Assembly: GCA_051294905.1 (NCBI GenBank)
Contig: CM119380.1
Span: 2,108,001 to 2,172,000 of the forward strand
Direction: 5' to 3'
DNA: 64,000 nt
DNA from: Botryllus schlosseri
Lineage: Eukaryota
Shown here: positions 48,555 through 60,965 of the stretch, piece after piece
Numbering within the stretch: the stretch's first letter is position 1
Layout: each line of letters starts with the position of its first letter
The notes under the pieces: generated by a model
The model's database searches: none
Told to the model about the DNA's origin: nothing
What the model saw: only the letters and a program-made list of their open reading frames with translations
Program-made: the position numbers and the translations under genes

Positions 48555-50004
48555 TATGCTGTAGTCGTTTTTCGGGATAACAGTAATTTCTTATCCACAA
48601 CACGAGTACCACCAGTCAGGGTTCCCCATGAACATGACAAAATTCATGACATTCAAAACTGGTGCAGGGTTCGGGTACTGTAGGAAAATTCATCATGCCT
48701 AACCGAAATCCAAGGGTACGCAAACCTAACCTTAACCCACAATTCCGCGGCTGACCCTAAAACACATGTATTCATTATATTGTAATCATACTAATCCCCA
48801 AGCCATAATTTTACGATACCCTCATCTTATGATTCTCCAACCTGAATGCGAAACCAATTATGACCAATCTGAATTTTGAAATGTTCAGAGGGCACACTGA
48901 TTGGTGATGGTAATGTTTTATACATACGACAACATAAGAATAGGACATGATCTATTCCTGCCCTCAAGAAATAGAATACACTAGGCCCAATTAAGAGAGA
49001 AATCTCCTGACTAAACATCGTCAGTGGAACGCCGTATCTACACCATCTTGGCGTGTAAGACATATTTCCTTCATAACATCGGCTGACAAGTGACAACTAT
49101 CTAAAGTTCGTCCTCTGCGTGACTGCCTAGTGCCTAATCGCGTCGAGCAAGTGCGATGATGAAGTCATCGTGCCATGTAACGGGTTAAGAAATTACCCGG
49201 AGCCGCGACAGCTGCAGCCGGGTGCGTTTCTGGAAATTTCAATAAATTGCAGCTCCATTACGGTGGCGTTCTGAAGAAAACGGCTGCGGCCAAAATTTAT
49301 TTTTCATTTTGCCCTTCAATTAGAGACCACATCATTTTTTGGGCGCAGTGCCCCTTTAATATCGTTCTTCGGACTGCTGCCGGTACTATTTCTTGCATAC
49401 CATCGTAAAGAAACCATGCTATCACCCTCATCTTCATTGATTTCATCGAAATCAGATAACTCATCAACGTATGGTTCATATTCTTCTTCCACTACAAAAC
49501 ACCCTTGATCTAATTTCAAATATAAAAGCTTTCCCGGGCTCGGGGCAGCGAAATTGGTTGTTAATAACAACAAGTCTATTGAGTAGCCTCGAAATAAGCC
49601 GTAATCCCGACTTAAAACCGATGCCGGACTTTACTGTACGTCCTTGAAAAATATCCTAAATATAGGATCGCTGGCATATTTTAGAGATGCGTGAAATCCT
49701 GAATATAGGATCGTTGGCAGTCAAAGTGTTCATTTATGAATACCAGTTCTAGCTCTGCACTTCAATATTTTATGATTTCTCCAATCTTTCCATCCATAGG
49801 CTTTGTTTTCACGGGGAGCGTGCATTCTCACGGCGAGCGAATGTCGTTGTTTATTTCTTTGCTTCACGCCTCGCTGGAGATTTCCGTTGACTCGCTCGTT
49901 CTCGCTCACTTTTTCACGTTTCCGCACGGTTGTGGCGCGTTTCGAGAACGTATCGCAACGAGAAATTTGCGAGCGTTGCTAGACAAGCAGACCTCTAGAC
50001 CGCT

Positions 50005-52075
50005 ATGGAAGTGGAATATAGTTGCGAACATTGCTGGAATGAATACCAGGACAAAGTATTGGTGCTAGTAGCTGCGTATGTTTATTGTAAACATAAAAAA
50101 AGACAGAAGAGGAGATTCTGGGTTGGTGAAGATCTCCGAACCAGGGAGCAAAAAGGTATATCTAAATTGTTGACCTTACCGGTACTTTTTCGTTGTTGCA
50201 TCGGCAATGATTGTCAACCGAAATCATTCCGATATGGAATTCTATTATGGGCTTTGCAATGATGCTGGTCAATATTGCTAAATGATCTGCTACAAACAAA
50301 TAATATTAGAAAAATATGTAAAATATTGCCCACAACCTATAAATGTGCATTAATTTGTATAATATACCGGTAATATATAAATTAGCGTTGGTGGCCAATT
50401 TCCTGTGAAATCTTACACAAAAAACGTGTTGACCAGTGTATCTTTCTATTGCGTAGTAACAACATATTTTGAATTGATACCTTGATATACATATTCTCTT
50501 TTGATTTACAGGTGAATATCATATATTAGTGCCGGACTTGAGATTACACCGACCGGAAAAGTACCGGACATATTTTAGAATGCCAGCTGAAACATTCTAT
50601 AAACTCCTTGATCATGTCAAAGAATCTATAACCAAGATTACAACAAACATGAGGAAGCCTATCAGTGCCGAAGAGCGCCTGGGAGTAACCCTGCAGTAAG
50701 TATATTGATTATTGATGTGATCATTGAAATTCTATTTTGGGAATGGATGGAAGATTCTCTTTAAATTGTCGTGAGGGTGGGTAAAACGAATCACTAATTT
50801 TGAACCAGAGTAACTTGACAAGAGGCCAAGATTTTTGTTATTATGACAGAGTGGTTTCTTGTAAGCTTGCAGATTAGCTTAAGAGATACTGAGGTTCGTT
50901 AGTAGGCTACTGTCCTAAATTGAATGATTTTTCATCATGTATGAATCGAATCAACGGAATGACCTCATTGTTGTTGTTGCGCTTTTCATTGCTAACTTCC
51001 AATGACAGTTCTTACTGGGAACCGACCTGTATGAGACTGATTTGTATTGGCTGTGATTCGATTTTGCTCATCCCTTTCCATTACTTGTTGCATATCATGG
51101 CCGCGTGAACGCGATTTTTTGCCGTGCTTTGAAATGTCAAGTCCTCAAATTTGAATTATATTTTACAGCTTTCTGGCTCACGGAGGATCCTATACAAATC
51201 TTGCAACAAGGTATAGAATGAGCAAGACAGTTCTGTCAAAAATTGTTCCTGAAACCTGCAAAGCCATTTGGGATGCTCTGCAGCCAATTGTGATGCCATC
51301 GCCAACAAAAGAATCATGGGCAAAGATTGCCAAGGAATTTGAAAGAAAATGTCAATTTCCCAGCTGCCTAGGAGCAGTAGATGGAAAACACATCCAAATC
51401 CGTGCACCAAAAAATTCAGGCTCCATGTATTTCAATTACAAAAAAACTTACAGTGTCGTACTTCTTGGCGTAGCCGATGCGAACTGTAAATTTGTTGTGG
51501 TAGATGTTGGTGGGTTCGGAAAGTGTCCTGATTCTCGGATCTTACAATCATCTACATTTGGCAAAATGCTTTTTAATGAAGAGTTGGACTTGCCTTCAGA
51601 TAAAGTTCTAGCTGGTCAGACTGAATCTGTTCCACCAGTGTTTATTGGGGACGAGGCGTTCCCTTTAAAGCGGAATCTACTCCATCCTTATTCCAGCTCT
51701 CATGTGGATGATAAGAAAAGGATTTTCAATTACAGACTTTCTCATGCACGTCGAGTCGTTGAAATGGCATTTGGCATATTGGTTGCTCGATTTAAAGTAC
51801 TGTATGGACGCATTGATGCAGCACCTGAACATGTCGACACTATCGTCAAAGCAAGCACAGTCCTTCATAATTTTTTATGCGATGAGAAAATTGGTTTGCC
51901 TGAACCTACAGACAATGAAGAATCAGCAAACCTCGCTACAGACTTAACTAGGCTCCGGATAGTGGGGAGACCATACAGTTCTGAAGCTGCAAGAGTTCGC
52001 GCTGCCTATGCTGATTACTTCGTGGGTAGTGAAGGATCTGTGCCTTGGCAGTCAGATCATGTCTTTAGAACTTGA
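50005..52075 (+). CDS. Harbinger B transposase, 3 exons (50005-50155, 50512-50695, 51169-52075), 413 aa
   Basis: GT-AG introns join in frame: RRFWV..R|GEY..YFRM..F..LL..I.AEERL.VTL|HFLAHG..GAVDGKHI..YFNYKK..DSRIL..FIGDEAFPL..ARRVVEMAFG..VLHNF..YF..EGSVPWQ. No stop codons. Confidence 0.92.
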
Positions 52076-52245
52076 TGGGACTTCTGATATAGGAGAGCAA
52101 CACGTGTTTTGTGTTATGTTGCTGTTCAGTCTTACAGTTGTTTTTTACTATAATTTATTGTTGCCTTGCATGTTCCTGACATTTACGAATACACTGGTTT
52201 CTTAGTTTCACAAGATTTATTCAGAGTTAATTGAGACAGACGTGT

Positions 52246-53438
52246 CTAGTCGCTCGCTTCAATATCCCCCTCCATTAGCTCTGCTATGAGCTTCCATACT
52301 TGAACTTTAAATTTCATCTGCCTTTGAGGGCTCAAAGAGGATAGAGGGCTGGCCAAGCCCCGTAAAAAGACCATCGCAGCACTATTCTGCTCACATTGTT
52401 GCGGACGATCTGGAAAATGAAACATTTGATTTGATGAGCACTTACCGATGTGGTAAAAGTAGTTAATGTTGCTATTCAAGTAGAAGTTGAAGTAGTCCGG
52501 TTGGATATATAAGTAATGAAAATATGTGACAAATAGCACTACTTGAGTACTCTGAAAAGATAGAAGTAGCCTATCCACTGATGAATAGAGCACGCATAAG
52601 TTGGAAGACTCACTTAGACTGTTTATTGCTCCCAAAATTTGTGTCAAATCTTGGTCATCAGTTGTCTTGCGCTTCTTGGTTGACGGCTCAGGAGCAGGGA
52701 GTGGTGGTTCAGCTGTACCCTCTAGCAGAAACTCGTCATTCTGATCAGGACACAGTGCCGATAAATCCAGTGTTGTATATTCTGGGTTAGGTATAGGGTA
52801 GTAAATATGACGCGTCAAATTGATTTTTATTGAGCTTGAAAACTACGAACCTGGGAAGCCATCTGATAGAATTGAACATCCCGCATCTGAATGTTCATTG
52901 TCGGATATTGCACTAAAATTATTTCGAGAGTTGTATTACAAACGAATGCTGCAATCTTACTCCGACTGTACCTTGAATTCAGCACTACGGCACTTCGCTT
53001 ACTGCTGAAATTCGAAGTAGTTCTGACAAAAAAAATGAAATGATATCGATGGATATTATTGACATTTTTGCAAAGTCACTTTCTATTCGTCGTATGCGGA
53101 CGCAGGAACTCGAGCCGCGGCATCATCTCCCACTCAGCGCAGCAGTTTCTTCCCGATCCAGACCGGTTGTTCTTCTTTTCTTTGTCCAACTCTCTCCGAT
53201 ATTTATCCCGTACTGCCCGCCATCTTTTCTTGCAATCTTCCACTGAAAGAAGCAAAACTTTGTATGCATACGGCGGTAACGTAGTGCGATAAAAGAAGCA
53301 CTCACCAGTAGTTTTTAATGAATCGGCTATGTTTCTCCATGCATTATCCTTGCGAACTGTGTCCCTATACGCACTGATGCCCATGTTGTACAGACACTCA
53401 TATGCCCTAATTTCCACAATTAATTGCTCTTCCTCCAT
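52246..53438 (-). CDS. Harbinger B accessory MADF-BESS protein, multi-exon
   Basis: LIVEIR.YECLYN..YRD..K.NAW..IA, intron 53243-53305, CKKRW..VRDKY..SGSG..W..M..LEFL; further small introns give TTSNF and an NLS-like KKRK; C-terminus FLRGL..L..LSP..QMKFK..V.KLI (BESS-like). Internal exon boundaries are inferred. Confidence 0.82.
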
Positions 53439-53698
53439 CTTCCTTCAGGTCGCAGCTTCGTAGCAATACAACTTTCTCGCGCGCTTTTCTCGACTACTCT
53501 GCACCATTGTCTCGAACCGCGTGGTGGCGCCAGTGCTAGCGATCACTGTCACGGCATCAGTGAAAACGCTAGGCTCGTTCTCGCTACGGCTCGGCCGTCT
53601 CACTCGCTCCCCGTGAAATCAAGGCCATACAGCGTGTAATCTATCCCCACCCTATTCTGCTGCCTTCAATTTCTCCGTTATATACGATTAGACATTTT

Positions 53699-54595
53699 TT
53701 AGGAGACTTGTTGTAATTTTTCAATCTTCAACTCAAAGTATAGTATTTTTAGCCTAAACTCTTCTTTTATCAATTCACTCTCCCCCTCTATCATGTTGTT
53801 CCCTCTTATCAACAGCTCTTTAAGCCACATTGCTTCGTTCTTTGTTTCTTTTACGTATTTCAGTCTTTGATAAATCAAATTCAATGCTACGATTGTCTAA
53901 ATAAAATATAAAAATACAAGTTCATTGTTCATTGGACTGCGCATCCAGAGTATCAAATCGCCGCGGCAACTGGAGCTGAGCTACTGGTTCATGTTGGGGT
54001 GCGTTACATGTTGATATTATTGTCCATCGTCATCCCCTTCCTCGCCCGTCACCGAATTGAGCACTACGGCTATTAACTAAGCACTGACATTTGAAAATTT
54101 ATTACAATATCAGATGTATAATCTCCGATGACTGACAAAGATGGATTGCTGAGGCCGAGATTTGACCCGGGACGGCTGCTAAAAAAACAAATCTTCATTT
54201 CAATCCACTCCACACATCCTGGAATTCAAAACATACATGCCACTGCCTCACTAAGGGGGCCCATATTGACCACAATCGGCCCTCCGCCTTGTCTTTCGGC
54301 GCTTTTTGAGCTGCGCGGCATCATCCTTCGAATGGTCTGTCGTGTTTTGCCATCGCTTTTTCAGCACTTGACCATTCGCTGGCAGCTGATGCCGACACCA
54401 TTATATTCAAGAGCTAATATACCTCCATGCTCGGTCTTTGGCCGCTGCACAGACCTTGTTCGTGGCACAGACCTTGTTCGTTTTTTTTATCCTCCGCAAT
54501 CAGGTTTTGCTTAATCAGCTCCAATAGCAGAGCTTTTTCTTTCGGATGAAAGTTGGGCTCCCTTCGTTATTTTTTCGAGTTCGCTTGTGGCCATT
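53699..54595 (-). pseudogene. Myb/SANT-like (Myb_DNA-bind_5 type) gene remnant, probably from another Harbinger-like element
   Basis: ANFHPKEKALLLELI..EDKK, AW..I, LKKRWQN, KT(GGGP) and a coiled-coil tail at 53699-53884, broken by frameshifts. Confidence 0.6.
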
Positions 54596-55438
54596 TTTGT
54601 ATCTGTCAAAAAAGCAACAATTAACCTAATTTGTATATATACGTTTAGGCGTATAAAATTCCGTATTTAACACATTTACTTACTAAAAAAATGCGATAGT
54701 GGGAATTCATCCAAGATAATTCTCACCTCTTGTCAGCAGTCTTGTATATTGTAGTAGACCGCTGTCCCTAGTTTTAACGCCATGTAGCCTATCTGTTAGG
54801 AGGGAAATATACTGTGCTCGTAGTATAGGGATTTGACCATATCATGACAACTATTAGATCTCGACTTCTCTTCTAGTGTTTCTAGTGTTGCCGAAGCTTC
54901 GTAACCATTATTACGCCAAACATAGTAGCTGAGTACTGCCTTTTTCCAGTCGCTAGAACTTTACCAACCCGTTCTTACTGGCTCAAGCTCACAATCACAT
55001 GCATTGTTACGCATATTGAGCATAAAAACCCACTGTTTCTCTGTTACCGCCCTTGAGACTTGAGATTCATCTACGAACCGGACGCATTTATCTTCTGCAA
55101 TATATCCGACCGAGTGATCCTGTGTGAGTTAAGGAATAACTAACCTAAAGGGAGAAAGTCTCCAGTTCAGCTACCTATTGCTCCTGCACGACACACCCAC
55201 CCGTTACATGGTGGTGCCTTCGAGTTCGGTAACTCACCGCCTCAGGATATTGCAAGCCCCGACAGACCCGTTCGCTATCGACTTTAGGAGCCATGGGATC
55301 ATCATCTACCCGGTAACGTGTTCAGCTTTTCGATCGTTAAGCGCCACTACAGCGTTCACAAATAACTTTTGTATTGCAACTGTTTACTCGCAATTCTCAT
55401 TTACATCATATCCGTAGTCGTCTAACATAGCATTGTAT

Positions 55439-57476
55439 CAGGGTTGTAACCAAGTCGCATGGTTCCGAGTCACGAGTCAATCTTACTTTTGTGGTTTTGA
55501 CTCGAGTCAAGTCGAGTCATTTTCAATTCATCACCGACTCGAGTCCGAGTCCAAGTCACCGTTTAAAGGGTCAAGTCCGAGTCATAGTGTTATGACTCGA
55601 GTCCGAGTCACAGTATTGAAGTCATGTTCATCCCATGTTTTCAATCCTGCTTTGGTGATATCGAACTCATTGCTTGCCAAACATGCTTATTTTGTCCCCA
55701 TCAGAGTCTTGGCACATGTTTATTTAGGTAGATTACGGACAGTTCCAGGCCTCATTTACCGATGCTACAGATAGACGAGACAGGTCGCCAATCTGATTAC
55801 TTTACTAATCTTAGAAATTAAAATCAAATATCTGTCTTGTCAGTCTGATACATCACAAATACAAGCATTCAGTTTTTATTACGAGCACATCGACGACAGC
55901 TCACAAATAGCTGATTGAGAGCCAATAAATTCAAGTCTAGATACTATCTGATAGAGAACCTACGAATTCACGTCTACACATAAGGTGATAGAGAATCAAC
56001 AGATGCATGTTTATGTAGAGGTATTTACACCAGGCCAGCATGCTGTAAAAGCGTGCATGCAGTTATGTGCAGTGACAAAAGAACAGATACCTTTGGATAT
56101 TACTAAAGGTTTTCCTAATTGCATTACAGACTACATCGCAGTTACAGCATGGAGAAATAATGGTACAATGCGGCTGTTAAAATACATTTTTCCAATTTTC
56201 CGGCTACTTCTTAAAATTGTTAGATTGCCTAAAAAAACTCAAATTTGGCGCAATTCCAACCGGTAGAAAGCAATGCTATGAGAGAAAATTTTGGATTAAT
56301 TACGAATAGAGATTTTCGAATTTTACCGGCTACCTCATGATATTGTTAGATTGTGTGAAAATATGATTGATAGCAAATTTGGCTCAATTCCAACTAGTAG
56401 AAGCAAAGTTATTGGAGTAGGATATTTTGGATATGAAAAAATAGTCGGCTTACCACTAGTATGTAATTATATTAGATGAAAGAATTTCTCACTAAAAATA
56501 CTCCACTAATTTTCGAATCCAAAATTTTCTCCTCCCATATCATTGATTCTACTCTTTAAAAATTTAACCAGATTCAGTGTTCTTTTAATGCAAGATAACA
56601 ATTTTATCAAGTAGCCACCAAGTAGAATAAAAAAGAAGTAATTTTGAACAACCCTATTACAAACATCACACACATTCATTATTACTCACGTGGACAATGC
56701 ACATACCTAACAAAACGTCAAATGGACGGAGGGTACTGTGTGTTTTCACAGACGGCAGATCAAATCAATGATGAGTTACACTTCAAAAATACCAAAGTGG
56801 AGAGGAGATCCTCAGATATATTAAACCGGCATGGCCTTAGAATATAAATCCACATCTACTGAATACACTTTCCACTGGTGCACTAGATGCAGGAATTGAA
56901 AAGCATTTTTGAACCCCACTGAAGAGCATTGGATACCCATTATTTCTAGTCGCCCAAAATGCAAATAATCATCGCCTTCAAATCTACACATGAGCGTATC
57001 AGTCTCTTCCAAGTAGCCTACTTGACCATCTGAGTCATTACATTGGCTCTAATGGAACTTTGCTTTGATTGTTTCCTTGTATAATTGAGTACTTTGATTG
57101 CGGAGTATTTATGACCTCTTCGTCACTGGATGATTTTGTACAATGCATTGCTACTATGTACCATTGTGTGTTGTTTTTACGGCGGCCTATCTGATATCAG
57201 ACAAGTGCAATTAAAGCATTGGTGACAAATAGCGATGTCGGCAGAATTCATCTAGCTACTACGATTCGCAAATTTCTTCGTCTTCGAGTCATATAAAATA
57301 AGTCAAGTCAATGACTTGGGTCGAGTCATGAGTAATGACTCGAGTACAAGTCGAGTCAATCCAAATATTGACTCGAGTCGAGTCGAGTCATTTTCCCATT
57401 TCAAGAAAATGACTCGAGTCAAGTCGAGTCACAAAAAAAACGTGACTCGAGTCTGACTCGAGTCATTACAACACTG
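55439..57476. mobile_element. hAT-type element(s) with GACTCGAGTC subterminal arrays
   Basis: Termini cagggttgtaa / ttacaacactg; arrays at about 55460-55620 and 57280-57470. The flanks do not form a TSD, so the two ends may not belong to one insertion. Confidence 0.6.
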
Positions 57477-57649
57477 CATGACCACAGTAATGTTGTTTGT
57501 TGTTTTGATTCATTTAATATGCTACAATAATATTACCACTGTGTACATGGGTCAAATTGTTATTTTCTGATCACACTGTTAACTATGGTAACCGTCCTTC
57601 ACTAGTGTTGCTGTCTTTTATTTACTTTTGTTTATTTCGTTACTCTTTG

Positions 57650-57885
57650 CGGTGCTACTTGACTGAGAGAAGAAATTGATCCATATTATAATTATACTGC
57701 CAATATGCTTGGGTGACTCCGGCCTAGAAGACTTCGGTCATATCGGGTCTCCCAGTCTATACCGTGCCAATTATAGTTAGGAAAAATTTTTAAAAATGTA
57801 TACTATTGGACGTGAATGTTTGTGGACATTGCCTTTACTATATTTCATGGTTGACGAATAAAAGAACTCTCTCTCTCTCTCTCTC
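57650..57885 (+). mobile_element. Probable 3' tail of a LINE/SINE
   Basis: AATAAA at 57857-57862 followed by (CT)n at 57867-57885, the same tail architecture as LINE-b. The 5' limit is a guess. Confidence 0.45.
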
Positions 57886-58195
57886 ATTGTATACACGTGC
57901 ACGTTTTTAGTTTTCTATCACTAGTAAATGCAATTCAGCGAAAGCTTTAGCTAGTAGGCCTATCGGGCAGGATGCAGTTAATAAAATCAATACCGAACAC
58001 AATTCACCTAAATCGGTCACTGACCACGCTTCGGTATCATAATGATTCAAACATTTTACTGTCTTCTCGGACGCCATTCAGAATTTTCCCACACAATCGC
58101 GCAATACACTCTTACGTCAAATAACATTTCTCATCATTTCACCGCACGCGCCCCATTGATTACGCCGGCATTCTAATTAAACTGACCGCAGCATA

Positions 58196-58360
58196 CACTG
58201 TAAATCTAAAAGGTGGAAAAAAATGGTAGAAAAATGGAGGAAGATACATTCCCTCCCTTTATCCACCGTATCTTCACCACATATGGTGGAATTTAGAGGG
58301 GGGAATGAATAGTGTACCATATTTGGTGGAAAACAATTATTGACATGGTGGAAATCAGAA
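58196..58360 (+). mobile_element. EnSpm/CACTA-like left terminus
   Basis: cactgtaaa followed by GGTGG/CCACC repeats, mirroring the right end at 35690-35830. Confidence 0.4.
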
Positions 58361-58926
58361 ATGACTGTTTGCAAACTGTCGTATTGCACAATTAAAACAT
58401 AACAGTCGATACTGGCTTATAGTTAATAACGTCATCAGACCTGAATTTGGAGTCGAGTGTTGTTTTTTACTCAATGTGAAGTCATAGTCGCGTGCATTTT
58501 TGAATATTGATAAAATATCGAACAGTTTTTTTTTTCAAGTGGTTAAGCCAGTAGAGGGACTAGTAAATTTGGAAATGTCTGAATACCATTAATGGATTGT
58601 AATAATTATTTCACGATCCTGCACGACCGTAGCATATCCAAAACCTTTAAAGGTCAACTGCATCTTAAAAATGAATTTGCCTTATTTCGTACGTTATGTG
58701 GTTAGGAATATGAATAAAATAATAAAAATTGAAATTACATGATAGTTTTCAAGTAATTTAAATTATAAATCGAAAAGCTGAAAAACGGATATCAAATCAT
58801 TCAGCTATGAAATGACGTCATGTGAGTGACACGGCAAAAGTCCTGGTATAGCTCAGTGTGGTAAACAGATAGTTATTCGCGTTAAGATTGGTTTTGATAC
58901 TGGATTTGATCGTGAATATGGAAGGT

Positions 58927-60175
58927 ATGAAGAAGATGAGGCACGGAGGCACATCTTGTGTCGCGTATGGTTGCTCGAATACGCGATATTCGGTACCCAA
59001 AGTGTCTTTTCATCGCTGTCACAACCCTATTGCTGGAGAGGATTATGAAGACTGTGAAAGTGATATCCAATCCCTGTCAAGTGATGATAGCTTCCACCCA
59101 ACAGAGTTAGACAGCGAGTCAGAGTGAGTACTTGAACAGTGTAATCATATTTGTACCAAACCTTCACCAAGATATTGATTTGCAGCCATTCAGATTCAGA
59201 GAAATCTCTGGAGAATATAGCAAGACCCAAGACCCAGTTTGTGATTGTGGACAGAAATAATAAGCTGGTGAGCATTTTTAAACATTGTCCAATGTGTCAA
59301 TCAGAGTCGGACGTGCAAGAGTCTGGTTTAGGTAGCACACTGAGAATCAAGCAAGACTGCACAAACTGCTCATACTCCAGATTTTGATTTACGGGTAGTG
59401 TAGATGCCGTTATATCCTTTAAAGATGAAATAGCCTACTTGACTGTATCAAAAAGAATCAAACTGCTCCATTCAGCATATATACATGATACATATAGGCC
59501 TAAATTTCAGTTACAATGAATAGCATCTTTAATCCTGTTGTTTACCATTATGACAATCCATTTTCAGATTCATTGGCATATGAAAGTATTTGCCATGTTC
59601 TCTACTCCACGCGAATGGTAAATGACATACGCCATCTATCGCCGAATGGTAACACTGCTGGAAGTGAATCATTTAATGCCCTCCTCAATCATTTCTGCCC
59701 AAAGTTATATCACTACAACCATATTTCAGTCAAAAAGCCAGGTAGGTACCTTGCAGTGTCTCTGCTATTCAAAACAACCTATATCAGATTTTGGCATAAT
59801 TACTAGCCTCATCAATTATGCATTTTTTGTAGGATGCAGTTGGCAATCAATGCATTTCAATGAAAATTGCACGAAAACTCAGAAAATGTCAAAGAGCGCA
59901 CGGTCAATACCCGAAGTACAAAAATGGGGAATGTACGGTCCACAAGATACTTGAAAATTCAACATTTGGTAACTGCCGTTGATCTGACTGCATCATGAGA
60001 TTTCGTCATATTGTTATACCTGTTCTAGATTACTGCAATGAGCTTGTCGAAGAAGTTCAAGCACTCATCAGAACTGGACCAGAAACTGTCGAGTTGAGCG
60101 ATTGTGCGGAGACCGTTCCACCTCCTCTGACTAGCAGCATAATCATAATTAGCAGAGGATGCTATTGCCCGACAT
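58927..60175 (+). pseudogene. Kolobok B transposase remnant with THAP-like N-terminus
   Basis: SCVAYGCSN..VSFHR (THAP-like), FKHCPMC..G..I.Q.C..C, HLSP..TAGSESFNALLNHFCPK, MHFNEN. The central catalytic part is deleted. Confidence 0.72.
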
Positions 60176-60264
60176 AATACCCGATATATGCTTTTCTGCC
60201 TGACACAGTAGTTATTTTGGTCGATTAGTTATATGCGTTTATTATTTGGAATACAACTGTACAT

Positions 60265-60965
60265 TCACAATGTGGCGTTACTGAACTGGAATCCATTGTA
60301 AGAATTTGACGTAAATTTTGTTCGGACAGCAGTAACAACGCATGCAGGCAGGATTTTTGTCTGGTTTTTGCCACAGAATCCCCATACCCAGCGAACACAA
60401 TTTCTGTAGGCGGTATGTTTCAACTTCCTGAAAAGTGAAAACAAGTGTATTAGTGCGAGATAAGTATTTGGCAACCGAATCAGAGACTCATCCCATTCAT
60501 GCATCAAACTCGATGTTATTATTCTGCGGCTATATTCCTATTGATATCCAATATCCATAGTAGGACATCTCCAATACGTCAACGTCCAGACACACTGAAT
60601 TGAATCCTGGCAATTCTGTCAGTAACTCTCGGAACCTCCTTACAGCACAAACTCATCAAGATACATGACTGAAACGAGCTATTACACTACAGACTATATA
60701 TACAACTGTATTTCATGTAGTCTCGACGAGCGGCTGGCGCTGAGCAAGCTAGGCTGATCATGACCCATCACCAATTCACCATCATATGAAGCTGCAAGGG
60801 GTTCCACTGACGTGGGATCCAGCGCATCAACACCTGAACCAATGCGCCATTTAAACGGTAATTTTGTAAGTACGTGCAAAAATGATACTTACATTCGACA
60901 TCCGAGTACTCGGACTCAGTCTCAATATCACTTGGCAAATCCGTTACAATGGAAACCTCGGCCAT
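60265..60965 (-). pseudogene. KolX-like gene remnant (P2X7 ballast-like), spliced and decayed
   Basis: Acidic N-terminus, LCCKEVP, (I)TELPGFNSVCLDVDVLEMSY, LKHTAYRNCVRWVWG..ILPACVVTAVRTKF..YNGF. Confidence 0.8.

Larger units (their letters stand above)
45896..49355. mobile_element. Kolobok element A
   Basis: Exact TTAA TSD (45892-45895 and 49356-49359); termini aggggcactgcgc; inverted repeats of about 300 bp; convergent transposase and KolX-like remnants inside. Confidence 0.88.
43506..49728 (-). mobile_element. piggyBac element interrupted by Kolobok A
   Basis: 15-bp TIRs cacttt(a/g)actgccaa (43506-43520 and 49714-49728); flanks taaa and ttca, each one change from TTAA; contains piggyBac transposase remnants. 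Confidence 0.8.
49799..53626 (+). mobile_element. PIF/Harbinger element B, apparently complete and autonomous
   Basis: 22-bp TIRs ggctttgttttcacggggagcg / cgctccccgtgaaatcaaggcc (2 mismatches); 3-bp direct repeat ATA on both sides; CTCGC subterminal repeats; two convergent spliced genes. Confidence 0.88.

Noticed and set aside
52246-52818. Single-exon 190-aa protein
   Set aside because: The ORF runs through probable intron sequence (gtgagt donor, tttccag acceptor); it is better explained as the last exons of the MADF-BESS gene.
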